Source: Folioceros fuciformis
Taxonomy: Eukaryota
Direction: 5' to 3'
NCBI GenBank assembly: GCA_049999805.1
Contig: JBNGIO010006336.1
Location: forward strand, 283,347 to 331,480
Length of the DNA: 48,134 nt
A model generated the notes under the pieces. That model saw nothing but the letters and a program-made list of their open reading frames with translations. It was not told where the DNA came from and ran no database searches. The translations under genes were made by a program, and so were the position numbers. Below, piece after piece: positions 1 through 20,128 of this stretch. Each line of letters begins with the position of its first letter. Positions within the stretch are counted from its first letter, which is position 1.

Positions 1-76
1 CGCATGGGTCTTGGCAAACGCTTCCTATCTGTTTACTGTATAGCCCCTTGAATGCATGGAAACTCGGCTTTTGCAG

Positions 77-715
77 GAGTTGAACATCCTCAACACGATC
101 TTCCTGAGGTAGCTTCTCCAAACCATGTCTTTACCTTTCAGTCAGCTGCTGAGAGTACCGATTTCATGAGCATGAAGTGGAGAGGGTCTGCTGTGTGACC
201 TGCAGCGGGACCAACGAGAAGATATACTATCCCAACGCGGTACTCTCCACCAAGGCAATTTCCAATTTTTACCGAAGCCCTGACCAGTGGGACGCCATTG
301 ACTTTCAAATTCACATATCGACGCCAGTGGAAAAACTTGGCATCCTACGGGAAAGGATGGCAAGGTACATTGAGAGCCTTCCGCAATTCTGGTATCCAGT
401 CTTCAGAATTGTATGCAAAGACATCCAGGACTCCAACAAAATGATCATGTCCTTATGGATGCAACATCACCTAAACTACCAGGTACATACTTACATGCAA
501 AAAGTCCCACAGTGACCATGCTGTTGACAGCTGCTGATGATGCCAATCTGGTTGGTATGTAGGAAGCAGGAGAACGGTGGCAGCGGCGGAGTAACATGAT
601 CCTTCACATGAAGCAACAAATGGAGGAACTGGGCATCGGATACCGTCTGCCTATGGCAGATGTCACGGTCACTGGTGTGCCCGTTCTGGACGTTCCTCCA
701 GTAGTAATGCGTTGA
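77..715 (+). CDS. MSL: Mechanosensitive channel of small conductance-like protein (MSL4-10 type), last three exons; 5' part lies outside the window
   Basis: Spliced translation ELNILNTIFLS|GTNEKIYYPNAVLSTKAISNFYRSPDQWDAIDF...WMQHHLNYQ|EAGERWQRRSNMILHMKQQMEELGIGYRLP...VMR*. The KIYYPN...ISNFYRSPD motif is typical of plant MSL C-termini. Introns are GT-AG; TGA at 713-715. Confidence 0.9.
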
Positions 716-906
716 GTGTTGAGTTGGCCCAAAGTCCCAGAGCAACTCCACCCTAATCTTGTGCCAGCATCACTTGGCACACAGCGGGGAGATGTGTGAA
801 ACCGGCTCCCAGCATCGCGAAATGCACTAGATTGAAATGACCGACGTCCTCATCCAGGGCAGCTTGGCAGATAGATCTTGGGAAATGAAAAGCGAGGCAG
901 AATAAA

Positions 907-1575
907 TCACATGCCGATTGTCTGCCACATGGACAAATAACTGGTCATCTCTCTTGTTTTACACATCAAATCCGTCACCACCCTATTCTTCCTCTCAACT
1001 TCCTGCACATATGAAATATCCACGGAGTCGCACATGAGTAATTCCATACACCCTGGGCCGGAGCCACAACAAGCTGGAGAAGCATAGACCCATACCTCAC
1101 GCAACTCTTGTGCTCTATACTCAAGCTGATCCAACTCCGCTGCATCCATCTTCACCCCCCCATCATCTCCATCCGCTTCCTGCATCTGCACATGTGCACA
1201 AGTCTGAGCAGGCCGCAGAAGGAGCTTTTTTCAGTGACAGCAGTATAACCTACAACACACCTGCGGACAGGCAAAGATGTTCACAATCACAGCTCGGAGC
1301 GCTGCAGTGGCGGCCTTATACTGCGTCCGCGCAGCTTCTACGGCGGGCTCCGACCCGAGCCCGGGCCCGGGCCCGGGCCCGGACCCTGGCACGCTGGCTT
1401 CGTTGGAGGCCGCGAGAGCAGCACCAGCTGGAGCAGTCCATGTGGCCGGGTCGCAAAGCGCCTCGTCCAGGGAGGCCAGCATCTGATGTGCAGCGTTCAC
1501 CGCGGCCTCCAGATGCTTCAGCCCTTCCAGCCCTAGCTCCTCTAACGTCCCCTCCGTGGTCGACACGAGCGCCAT
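907..1575 (-). CDS. MED30: Mediator subunit 30, three exons
   Basis: MALVSTTEGTLEELGLEGLKHLEAAVNAAHQMLASLDEALCDPATW...ARTQYKAATAALRAVI...|...ELDQLEYRAQELRE|EVERKNRVVTDLMCKTREMTSYLSMWQ matches recalled plant MED30 (ELAMEGQKHLE...ELCNPSLW...RYK...LRAVL...KKN...ISTWQ). Confidence 0.85.
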
Positions 1576-1790
1576 CGCAGACTCCCAACGGCAGGTTAGG
1601 TCTGCCCTATTATGAATCCATACATCTCATCTCGACAGAAGCAGATACTGTATATGAATGTTCGCAATCCGGTTGTGTCCATGGCAGGTTAGGGCTCTCC
1701 TATTATCGATCCTTAATCCATGTCGCAAGAGATGCACACATAACAACTTTCTCCATCGGCTTCGGTCCTGTCCTGGCAGGCCCTGTGGCG

Positions 1791-2646
1791 ATGGCGGTGG
1801 CCATGGCCAAGGAAATGAAGATCATCGAGCTGCGGCCGTCTGTGTCCACCAACGTGAACACCACCTTCATCATTCTGGAGAAAGGTGCGTTTTCAAGCAT
1901 CCATATCCGCAACCCCTCGTACTTGTATCGCATCCAACACTTGGCCAAGTGCCTGGGCTCACATGTCGGTCGGATCCTCTGGCTATGGCAGGCCAGCCGT
2001 CCCGCCTGCCCGAAGGCGGGGCTAACGTGTGCGTGGCTCTGGTGGCGGATGCAACAGCATCCGTGCACCTCCAGCTTTGGGGCCCCGAGTGCGACGCTTT
2101 CCAGCCCAGCGACATTGTCCGCCTCACCAACGGGTGTGCCTACCGGCCTCCTCCTTTCCTTCCTTCAGGCCCCCAGCTGCCTGACTTTACGCTGTTGCTT
2201 GCCTGACTGCAGAATTTTCACCTTCCACAAGCCCAACGCGGTGCTGCGAGCAGGGAAGAAAGGCGCCCTGGAGAAAACCGGAGAGTGAGCGAGCAAGCAA
2301 GATGCATCCCGCTCTGCCATGCTGCTTCCGTTGAAAAGTCCTTCGTAACTCCCCTCCATGTTCCTTCGTCTGTGTCAGATTCTGCCAGGTTTTCGTGGAA
2401 TCGCCGAATATGAGCCGAGTGACGTGGATTACGGACCCATCCAATACCAAGCAATATGTATGGTTTACTTTTATTTTCATCTTCTTGTACATGCTTCTCT
2501 GCAGTTGAATTCCATTCATGAATGTGATCGGTTTTATCTTTCAGCAGATCCCTCAGTTGCAGATGGGGGTGCCTGTACCAGTACCTGGAGTCCACTTTCC
2601 TCATGGAGTTCAGCTGAATGCGCCTCGAGGTCATCACCAGTACTAA
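1791..2646 (+). CDS. SOSS complex subunit B / SSB1-like OB-fold ssDNA-binding protein, five exons
   Basis: MKIIELRPSVSTNVNTTFIILEK|GQP...VALVADATASVHLQLWGPECDAFQPSDIVRLTNG|IFTFHKPNAVLRAGKKGALEKTGE|FCQVFVESPNMS...|QIPQ...HQY*. This follows the hSSB1/NABP pattern (FIVLE...VAD.TGS...W...QPGDIIRLT.G...GEF...E.PN.S). Confidence 0.85.
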
Positions 2647-3063
2647 GATACACCACACCAAGTTGTGAATAGGTTAGGTTAGCTAGCGAATGTTATGTAG
2701 GTATTATAGAAACTCTATATGTATTCACTGGTTCCAGCAAACTGAGCAACCAAGTACATTACCTATCGCTTCTTAGGTCGAGACTAATCTACTACTGTTA
2801 CAAGTTCCCCTGGTCTAACAGTGTTACGAGTTTACAATTACACAGGGACATGACTACTTCATAGGTAGTTATGTCCTGGACCTTTGTCCTGGCAAGTTCA
2901 GAATAATTTTCCGAAACTTGCCTCACACCAGCTGCTGTAACACGTTGTCACACCCACTCTTGTGTTCACACCACCACATCTGCTTACCAAACAGCGACCT
3001 GGTCACTTTAACGTGATTTGAGAAGCGACAGCTACGTAGCGCTCAGCGATAAACTTCAAGCTC

Positions 3064-3894
3064 TCAGACGGCCGATGCCGCCGGAGTTCCCTTGTGGTGG
3101 TCACCCAAGCCGTGGTGGCCTGTGGTGGTGGTATGGTTGTTGGTCCCGTACTTATCACCCACAGTGTGCAACGCCAAGACCTTAAAGAGCTTCAGAACGG
3201 CAAGCATGATGACGAACGCCTCAAGAGCTCTCTGCAGTGGAGAGAAATATGTACATATGTATCTCACAATCTGAACGAAGAAGATTAGGAAACCAATGTG
3301 AGAAGAGAAAAGGAGCGCAGACTCACCAGCCTCCTGTCCCGCCCTCCAATGTGGATCTCCTTCGCCGCAACTCTGCAGCAGTAAAATGCGAAAAGAATCA
3401 TCAAGCTGCCCTTCAGGTGGCTTACAAAGCAGCACCAAAGGCTGTTTCTTGTTCTGGACGGAATACGCGGGAAACAATTACCCCAAGAGAAGGAGGGAAA
3501 GCATCAAGTCGATGAGTGCTGTGCCGCTAGCGGCGCTCATGCTGTCCGGGCGCCACACCCTCAGGTGGTGACTTGAGGCAAACAGAGACGCCATCCCCAC
3601 GACTCCAGAAATGAGCGCCAGGACGACAAAGGTTGGAGTGGCGGCATTTCCTGCATCCAAGGCAGAGACAAACATGAGCGACAATCTCTGTGAAGCCCAA
3701 AGGAAGAGGGAAGAATTAGAACTTGCGACTGGAGCAGTAGAAAATGAAAAATGTGAGGGTCCCAAACCGTAGACGTTGTTGCCGTTGATATTTCGGTTCC
3801 AGGCCCAACCAGCCAAGGCCAGCTCGATGACGGTCAAGAGAAAAATCAGGAGCACCAGGGGAGTCAGGAGGCCCCTTCCCAAACCGAAAGCCAT
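3064..3894 (-). CDS. AWPM-19-like ABA-induced membrane protein, four coding exons
   Basis: MAFGLGRGLLTPLVLLIFLLTVIELALAGWAWNRNING...|NAATPTFVVLALISGVVGMAS...HHLRVWRPDSMSAA...|VAAKEIHIGGRDRRL|RALEAFVIML...H. The GNxAT, HLRxWRxDS and KEIHIG..R..RLR.LEAF motifs are diagnostic. Confidence 0.9.
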
Positions 3895-4525
3895 CGCTGC
3901 TTGCCTCTTGATTGGAGCTAGCACGTTCAAGATACCGGACGTTCGCAGGCACTCTGAAAGACGATAAATGTAGCTTCAGTACACGACCTTGAATGCCAGA
4001 CAAGCGAGCAAGTCCACAGAAGAAATTAACAAGCTCACGACAGCCATTCTCAAGAGTCAAACAACTGGCAATGGTCCGCAAGCACAGTATTTCTGTTTCT
4101 TTGGTTCTTTGTTGTTCAAGAACAACAACAATGGCAGACAGAAGGTGCTCACTTCCAGACACAATCGTAAGCTCGCAGGAAAGAAGGACAATTTGCAGCA
4201 CATCTCATCAAAAAGTGCGCGGAGCAAGAAGACAGGCGGCAAGTACGAGAGCTTCAAAATTCTCACGCTCCCCCCTCCCCGACCAAAGCAAAAAGGCGCA
4301 GGAAGGGAGGGGAATGAAAACGGGACGAGATGAGACGACTCACAAGAGAGAACCTGCCTTGTAGCTCGTGTAGCTCGGGGGAACGAAGGGTGAACTTGCT
4401 GGCAGGCGCCTGCAAGAAATACTGAAATGCTACTTGGTGCCTCACCACTCTGCCGCGCGGGCGTTTTAAAGGCCAGCACGGAAGGCTTGGGTCCCGTTGG
4501 GGGCACAACTGTCGGGATTTAATTG

Positions 4526-4532
4526 ACGTGGC
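4526..4532. promoter_or_regulatory. ABRE (ACGTGGC) upstream of AWPM-19
   Basis: Exact ACGTGGC about 60 nt upstream (minus orientation) of a TATA-like TTTAAAA at ~4464-4470. A probable 5'UTR intron spans ~3955-4353. The AWPM-19 family is ABA-induced. Confidence 0.45.
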
Positions 4533-4945
4533 GAGTCACCAACGGGTTGCGTGCAAGCACTTCTAACTGGGAATTTAAATGCTGTCGGTATCCAGTGTCT
4601 TTCGGTGCACACCTGCACCAAACTCCTGCTCTCGTTCGAGCTGCGACTTACAAACGTGATGAATGTACAGAACGCCGGTGCCTCCCACGGACAAGTGCCG
4701 GTCACTCAGGCCTGGCCACTTGGCAGACAGTCTTACCCGAGGGCACAGGCGTGAAGCTCTCCAGGCGTCGCCAAGAGACGTCACGCCGCCTTGAATCGTG
4801 GCTGCTCCAGCAAAATTTCTGCCTTGCGGCTTGTAGGCCAATCTGAACTCTACACTTGCGGACATTTTTCACAGCAGTCGTGGCAGCTGCCTGGCAGTGA
4901 GCTGTCACTGTGTCAGAAACACGCAGGCCTGTCATCGGTCTGCCT

Positions 4946-13144
<8,199 letters not shown>

Positions 13145-14087
13145 TCTACAAAGCGAAGGAGCGACCAATTCGGGCTGGCGGCAATCGAGCCCTTCCAATG
13201 CTCTACTTCATCATGCCAATCTCTGCACCGGTCATGGCAAGAAAACGCAAAGCCGCCTGTGGCCGGCACTGGAGAGCTTCCAATGCTGGGCGCCGGCGCC
13301 AATTGAACGTGCCCGCGTGCGCATCGAACCCAGGAAGACAATGCATAGCTGCCCGGAGCTGCGGGTGTGCGTATCCAGGACGCGTCCTCCATCCGGAACA
13401 GGAGGCAATGGCGAAGGTGCCGACCCACAAGGACATCGCCGGCCCACAGGCCCAGCACGCCCCCGGGATTGCAGGTAACGGGAGGGGAAATCCCATGTCA
13501 GCTGGTGGCAATGGGGGCAGCAGGTGTCGGTAGGATCGTCGGAAAGGACACCTCAACCGCACATGGAAAATGAGACACCCTGCGCAGGAGGGCTGCATGG
13601 CGTGAGGGTGGGTACAAACCTCCAAACCCGACAACGCCATCTCCTCCGTCGTCTCACGCCCGGAGCGCTCTGCTCTCTTGTGCTTCCCGCTGCACACGCC
13701 TCGCCCTTTTCTGTTCGTCCTTCTCCCTTGCACTCGTCTGGCTTGCTGCCTGCTCCCTGCTCGTCTCGCCTGTTCCCTCTCCTGGCGTATGCTTTGCATC
13801 CGTCACGATTCCGTTGCGTCCCGACAATTCCGTTACGTTCGAGGTGAATCTCTCATCCACTCTGCATTATTTGTTCCCACAGTACTGAGTGTATGTGCAT
13901 CCACGCAAATGTACATCCATATGTACCTGGATTCGAGGCATCTTTATGTCCGGTATGATATAATTATAATGATGGATGCAAGATGATCTATCCATATACA
14001 TCTTCTCCTCCAGAACTGATTCTTAAGAGGAGAGAAAAACCAGTATAACTAGTCTTGGAGAGAGAAGGACTTTTCAATGCATAGCTA

Positions 14088-14372
14088 ATAGAGTTAAGGT
14101 TAAGGCAATCTTGCATAGAGTTAAAGTTAAGGCAATCTTGCATAGGGTAGAGATCATCCTGTACTGATACTAATTAGGGTTAGGGCCTCCTATATTAATA
14201 GTTGTCCAAAGAACAATTAGTAGATTGTTCTAATTCTATAACCACAAAGAAGTGAGCTCTAATTCTACAACCACAAGGAAGTGAGCTCTAATTCTACAAC
14301 CACAAGGAAGTGAACTCTTGAAAAGGAAGTGAGCTCTTGAGAAGGAAGCAAACTCTTGAGAAGGAAGTGGGC
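14088..14372. repeat. Short tandem repeat cluster, probably a TE/LTR remnant
   Basis: 2 x 27 bp (ATAGAGTTAAGGTTAAGGCAATCTTGC), 3 x 29 bp (CTAATTCTACAACCACAAGGAAGTGAGCT) and 3 x 19 bp (CTTGAGAAGGAAGTGAGCT) in an AT-richer block. Confidence 0.7.
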
Positions 14373-15223
14373 TAATTATGGCTTAAAATCTAGCATAGAA
14401 GGAAGAAAGTTTCAGATGGTTATTGTTGATGTTGAAGTCACACCCATGGCACCCATGTTGGTTCCTGGAAATGAGATTCATGCTTGAATGAAGTTTTCCC
14501 ATATCAAGTTGCTTTGCAGAAGGCCTTACACCACCAACATTACAATCTTGTGGGCCCCTTTCAATTTTCAGTAGCATGCTATCCAATCTGACACTGAATT
14601 ACAATGTAGCCAGAATGACAACTTTCCTTTGGGAGTTTGACCTCAGCTGCTGAATGCAACACAGGCTCAAGGAATCATTTCGTGTGCCGTTCCGTCTGCA
14701 CAGATTGCTTGCTGATTGCTATGAACCAACGTGGGTTTTCATACATATGCGTAGCATGCATTTATGAGGGCCACGGACAGTGGCGGCCATGCGATAGGAC
14801 GAGTGGCAGGTTTTGATGGCATTTGGCGATCGATGGGAATCCACTGAAGGATGGCGTTTGGAGGAATTGAGTGCGGCTACATGCATGGGAGATGGGACAG
14901 ATTGCCCTCTATCCCTTTCAGCCAGTTGCAGTCTCGCGTCTGGGAAGGAAGAATGATCGAAACTCGTTCACAGCAGCGACGTTCACGTCGCTTCATTATG
15001 TTGACGGAGCTTTAAATGAACAGCTTCGTCTCCGCCACGCCAGTTTCCCTTTCCTGGAGAAAGCTTCAGGACCCACCTTCTACTCTGCGGAGAGTGTGCT
15101 TTCTTCTATCCCACAGACATGGAGGGCAGCACTTCTGAAACGTACAGCGCTAAATTAAAATATGGGGATGGCAAGCGATTGAAAGAGTAATCTACGCAGC
15201 TGCCGTGGGCTGCCGGGATTGCC

Positions 15224-16412
15224 ATGGCGGATCCTGCTGGGCGGAGGTGGAGGAGGGTGAAGCGGCTGAAGCAGTCGATGAAAGCGTTTCTGGAACTTCG
15301 CCAGCATGACATGAAGGAGGAAGAAAGGAAGATGTTCGTGGCTGCTTTGAACGTTGTTCGACGCCTGGAGGATGAGAACTCGTCGATGCGGTCGGATGTA
15401 TCTGACGACGCCACGGTGCCCAGAACTGTTGGTGAAGGTGAGGGTAGGTGTTTCGGTAGGCAAGTGTTGGGTTTTGGTGGAGGTAACCTAATTGGATCAT
15501 GCTGTGCTCATGTTGTGTGTGGCGTTGCAAGGTGCCATTCAGTCATCACCGAGGGACGCTGCCCCTGGGGCTGCTGCTCCTGATGTGGCCCTCCCCAAAA
15601 CCCAAAAGGGAACCCGAGTTGCAGGCAAGCCAGCTCGTGAGCTGGTGACGGAAGGGGATAAGAATCCATGGGAGGTTTTGAGGGGGCAGGAGCATCCGAC
15701 ACTGGTTGACAAAGCCTGCAAGGCCTTCAAGGAGCTGGAGAAGGGGAACATGAGTCAGAGCATTCTGGCAGATGCATTCGGGTGGCCCACCACTGGGCAG
15801 GATCCCAAGTGCAAGAAGGAGATGGACGAGAAGGGCATCAGCAATGCGCTGGCAGAGTATGTGCTGGGAGGCAGGGTTCATGACTTCACCTATGTGCTCA
15901 ACAACCTGCAGGACAAGGCGGCCTTCAACTTTGCAGTTGCAATCCGCAGTGCCGTTTTCCTCGGAACTAAGCCGGATGACGCGAAGACAGTGGACGTGCC
16001 TGTGCACCTGGCCAAGGCTATGCTAGCCTTTTTCAGCGGTGTTCAGGTCAACTGGGCCAGTGTGGCGTGGAAGCTTTGCAAAAAGAGGAAGGAAAAATGT
16101 GTGTTCCAACCCATGTGGATCCCGCTTCTCTTCAAGGCATGGAAGGAGAAGAATGCACCCAAGTCCTTTCAGAACCTCGATAGGGTGATGGACCTGCTGT
16201 ATCTCCGCCCCTCTCGACGTCCCATCTCCGAACAAGCATCGGTGGAGAGAAGAAGAGCCATGGACGCTGGGGGGCACGTGCCCAAAGGATGGATAGACGC
16301 AGGTGCGGACGCAACCATAGCTGATGTCATCCGCTCCTTTCCGCGCACGAAGCAGGTCACGACTTCCTTCCTTATGGCTTCTGAGAGGAACACTGGACTC
16401 ACACGGAGCTAA
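15224..16412 (+). CDS. Hypothetical protein, probably two exons; possibly TE-derived
   Basis: Exon 1 MADPAGRRWRRVKRLKQSMK... with a probable intron (GTGAGG...TTGCAAG, ~15438-15530), then a ~290-codon open frame with coding-like GC3. No family recognised; the 3' end may splice further. Confidence 0.5.
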
Positions 16413-17161
16413 ATCATGCCATCAGTGGGATCTCAAAAGATGATCCCACAAAAGCCCACACTGTCCTCCTTGCTGCACTTCCTCACTATGTAGTACTTGG
16501 GGTTCATGCCTCCACAACTGCTACCCGTACAGTCCATCTGCGAACAGTCCACAGGGAGTAGCAACAGCGAAGGCAGAGCAACATAAATTCCTGTCCCGCA
16601 CCTTTCTTCTCTTACTAAGAGGTCGAAGACATCAGCATCCAGTTCTTCCTGGGTCAGGTGTCAGTCGCCCCAGCCATCCATGTTGTGGGTTTGCTCGATT
16701 GTACTCTTGTTGATCACACCATGCTGTTGTATGGTGGTACAGTAATTGTTCAGACACTTCAGCTCTAGCCGTTCTTTTTCTCTTCTTCGGTGACACTCTC
16801 GAGCGAATGGAATAAAATCGGATAGGTCTGACATCCCATCCATCATGTGTCAATCGGATGTGCCATCTGGGCTGTCTCGTTCCAGCAAAATTCCATGTCC
16901 GTCATTCTAGGATCCCAGGAAAGCAAGCCTAATATTTTTTCAAACGTCAGCCAGCGGTTTTGGCGACATCTAGGTATTTATAGCTTGAAGCGATTGTTCA
17001 AGTAGAGGTGACAGCGCCAGATTTTATGGGTTCCTGCCTGCCTGTCTGCTTGCTTTCTGGTGATGGAGGTCAGGGCAATTTGAAGGGAAGGAAGAGCAAA
17101 ATTGTAGTTGGGAGAAGTTGCAGTTTGGAGAAGCAGGAGCGAAGGCAGCGAAAGAGGTACC

Positions 17162-19049
17162 ATGGCGGATGTGGATGTGGATGTCGCTGAGGTGTATGTC
17201 CGAGGACACGTGGGTGCAGTAGAGGAGGGCGGCGATGGGGCAGGAGCAAAGAGCCTGTTGGGTTCCTTCCCTCCCAGCATCAAGTACGTGGTGTGGAACG
17301 AGTTCTGCGAGAGATTTTGCTACTATGGGATGAAATCGGTGCTGGCGCTCTTCTGCCTGCAGAACGTGCGGTTAAGCGAGAATGGGTCCACCGAGCTGGT
17401 GCACATGTTCATGGTGGCTTGCTACGCGACCCCGCTGCTTGGGGCCGTTCTCAGCGATGGGTTTTGGGTACGTTCGGGATTTGAATTCTTGTTGGAGCGT
17501 GTTGGAGGTTGTGGGCGGTGGGAGTGAATTTGATGGGCGCTTCCTTGTTTGCATCCATCTTGTCAGGGCAAGTACCGGACGATACTTTATCTCTCCATGG
17601 TGTATGTTGTGGGGAATTGGGCGATGGCTCTGGCTGCATGGCCGGATCCTGATTACACCAGCACCACAGTCATCCTTTGGGCCACCGTTTTTGCTCTGTC
17701 GTTGATCGCCCTTGGCACCGGCGGGATCAAGCCTTGTGTCTCTTCCTTTGGAGGAGATCAGGTCGAGTACAGCGTTGAAGAGGGTCCTGAGAAGGCCAGG
17801 ATTTCTCGCACTTTTTTCTCCTTGTATTATTTTGCCATCAATGCTGGGTCTGTCATTTCCACCCTGCTGTCACCAGTGCTCAGAACCCAAGTGTCCTACT
17901 CTCTGGCCTTCGCGGTTCCGGCATTTCTCATGGTTGTGGCCATCGTGGTGTTCTGGCTCGGCCGGAAGACTTACGTGATGAGGGCACCGGAGGGGAATGT
18001 CTTCTCCACCGTGGGTAGCATTCTTGTAGACGCAGTAAGGTTGAGAAAGCCCAGTGATGAGAGTGAAGTGAACCCCGTCGAGAAGAGGCTGATTGCAGGT
18101 TCCCGGGGAGACCATTGGCTGGATGCTGCCAAAGCCAAGCACCCTGCTTCGGATGTGGAAGATGTCAAGTCTGTTCTCCGGGTTCTGTTGGTCCTCTTGC
18201 CCACTCCACTTTTCTGGTCCCTTTCCGACCAGTCGTCCTCGACGTGGATATTCCAAGGGGCCTCTATGGATGGAAGAATAATAGATGGCCTGGTGGTGGA
18301 AGCTGATCAAATGCAGGTGAGTGCTGCTGCTGCTGCATGAAGTCCGTCTCGCACGTTTCATGCTCAACTAGTTGTGTGACAAACCCTCTCCCTCCTTGCT
18401 GCAGGCTCTGAATCCTGTCCTGGTTCTGATCCTCATACCTATATTCAACAAGTGGATATATCCCTCCTTCGAAGGACGGGGGAGGCCATTAAAGCCCTTG
18501 ACCAGGATGACCATTGGTTTGTTCTTCAGTGCCTTCGCATTTGTCATCTCGGGGATCATTCAGTTAGTCATGGATTCTTATGCAGCAGCAGGCTACGAGA
18601 AGATATCCATCTTGTGGCAGACACTACCCTATCTCGTTGTCACCATCGGCGAGGTCCTGTTCTCCATCAGTGGGTTAGAGTTTGCATACGAGGAAGCTCC
18701 TGACTCCATGAAGTCCATCGTTCAGTCCGCGTGGCTTTTCGCTGTCGCTGCTGGTACGTAAAAACGACCACCCGAAGCTTGTGCAACCGTGTTGTGGGCT
18801 TGGCTTGGCAGGGAAACCTTTGTCTAACTTCACCACTATGGTCGTGCAGGAAATTTGATAACGGTGATCATCGTAGCCATTCTGGGCGACCGTCTCTCCA
18901 AGGCAAACAATTTTTTCTTCTTCAGCCTCGTCTGTTTTGTTGCCATGTTTCTCATGTCTTGGGCAGGATCCAGCTTCTCGTATAAGCAGAAGGGGTCCGG
19001 CAGCGAGGCCAAGGAGAGTTCCTCTCTCATCAATGGCTCGGAGTCATAG
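17162..19049 (+). CDS. Proton-dependent oligopeptide transporter (POT/PTR2), SLC15A1/2 (PepT1/PepT2)-like, four exons
   Basis: FPPSIKYVVWNEFCERFCYYGM, LVHMF...CYATPLLGAVLSDGFW|GKYRTI, LIALGTGGIKPCVSSFGGDQ, FFSLYYFAINAGS, HWLDAAK, FWSLSDQ, ADQMQ|ALNPVL, GEVLFSISGLEFAYEEAPDSMKS. Three GT-AG introns; stop at 19047-19049. Confidence 0.92.
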
Positions 19050-20128
19050 ATCATGGGCAGTGTGTCTTATTCTTAGTCCCCATCGTGCACGTATACCATC
19101 TTGGTCGTTGAGGTTGATGCCACTCAGACCAGAGACTTAGGTGCAAAGTGTGGGTGACACATTCTTGAACTTGTAATTATTGAAGCAGCGTCTCTCTTTG
19201 GACACCTGATGCCGAGATGAACCCTGTATTCATGCTTTGATTTGTTCCTCTTTCGGCGCTGTCTGCTTTGGGTCTGCCTCTCAAGAGGGTGGCTGCTTTT
19301 GCACCGTCCAGTTGTCCTTAGATCCCATCCTGGCAGCTCACACCAAGCCACGTATGCCTGCCCAACACAGCTCTTCCCAACCCCTCTTGCAAGAATCTGC
19401 ATGCGTGCATGAAGGCTCTGCAGTGCAGTGTGGGGCACCCATAAATTCACCTTGCAACCTACTTCACGGCATTTCCTGCTTCGTGTCTCCATCAGGACAT
19501 GGATGCTCCGAAGTCGGGACAGTCACTGTCCAGTTGGGCAGGTCAAGTATGTCCCTGCGGTACCATGCATGCCACTTCCTTAACTGAGCGCCCACATTGC
19601 GGGTCACCTGATTCCCTGCTAGATGCTACCTATCCCAACAACGACATGTAGTGTCCAACGAAGTCATAGGCAGGATGCACATACTGTACATAGAAAGGGG
19701 AACCACGCAACACATCCACTTTCAGCAGATGCTTGAGTGAACTTCGGTGAAACACCAGACCAATCCAAGTGTGGCGACGACGCCCGGGTGTGATTCAAGG
19801 AGAAAGAATGGTGAAGGCTTTGCGAGGAGGGCAGGTTGAAGAGCCAGTTCACGAGACAAATGTTTCTTTTAATGCAAACGCTCGCATCGGAACTGGCAGC
19901 ACTAAGTACACTTGTGATAGTAAATCAGCGGGAAGGAACGACAATTGCATGAGGGAAAACAGGTAGCCAGTAGGCCACATCGGCCCTTGGGTTTTTGGCC
20001 GCACATGCAACCTGTGTTGCCGGAGTAGCGGGCCAGCCTACGCCCTTCCGCCAGGTTCAGCTAACCTCTATTAAATTTAGCGCAGCAAGTTCCCAGCCGG
20101 GAGAGGCAAGGGCGCTGGCGCGAGCGCA

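Noticed and set aside
1357-1383. Palindromic CCCGGG repeat
   Set aside because: It encodes a Gly-Pro linker in MED30.
1110-2288. 392-aa plus-strand ORF
   Set aside because: It is a composite of the MED30 antisense strand, the intergenic region, and SOSS-B exons and introns.
14174-14185. TTAGGGTTAGGG as an interstitial telomere
   Set aside because: Only two units, and not the plant TTTAGGG array; at most a telo-box.
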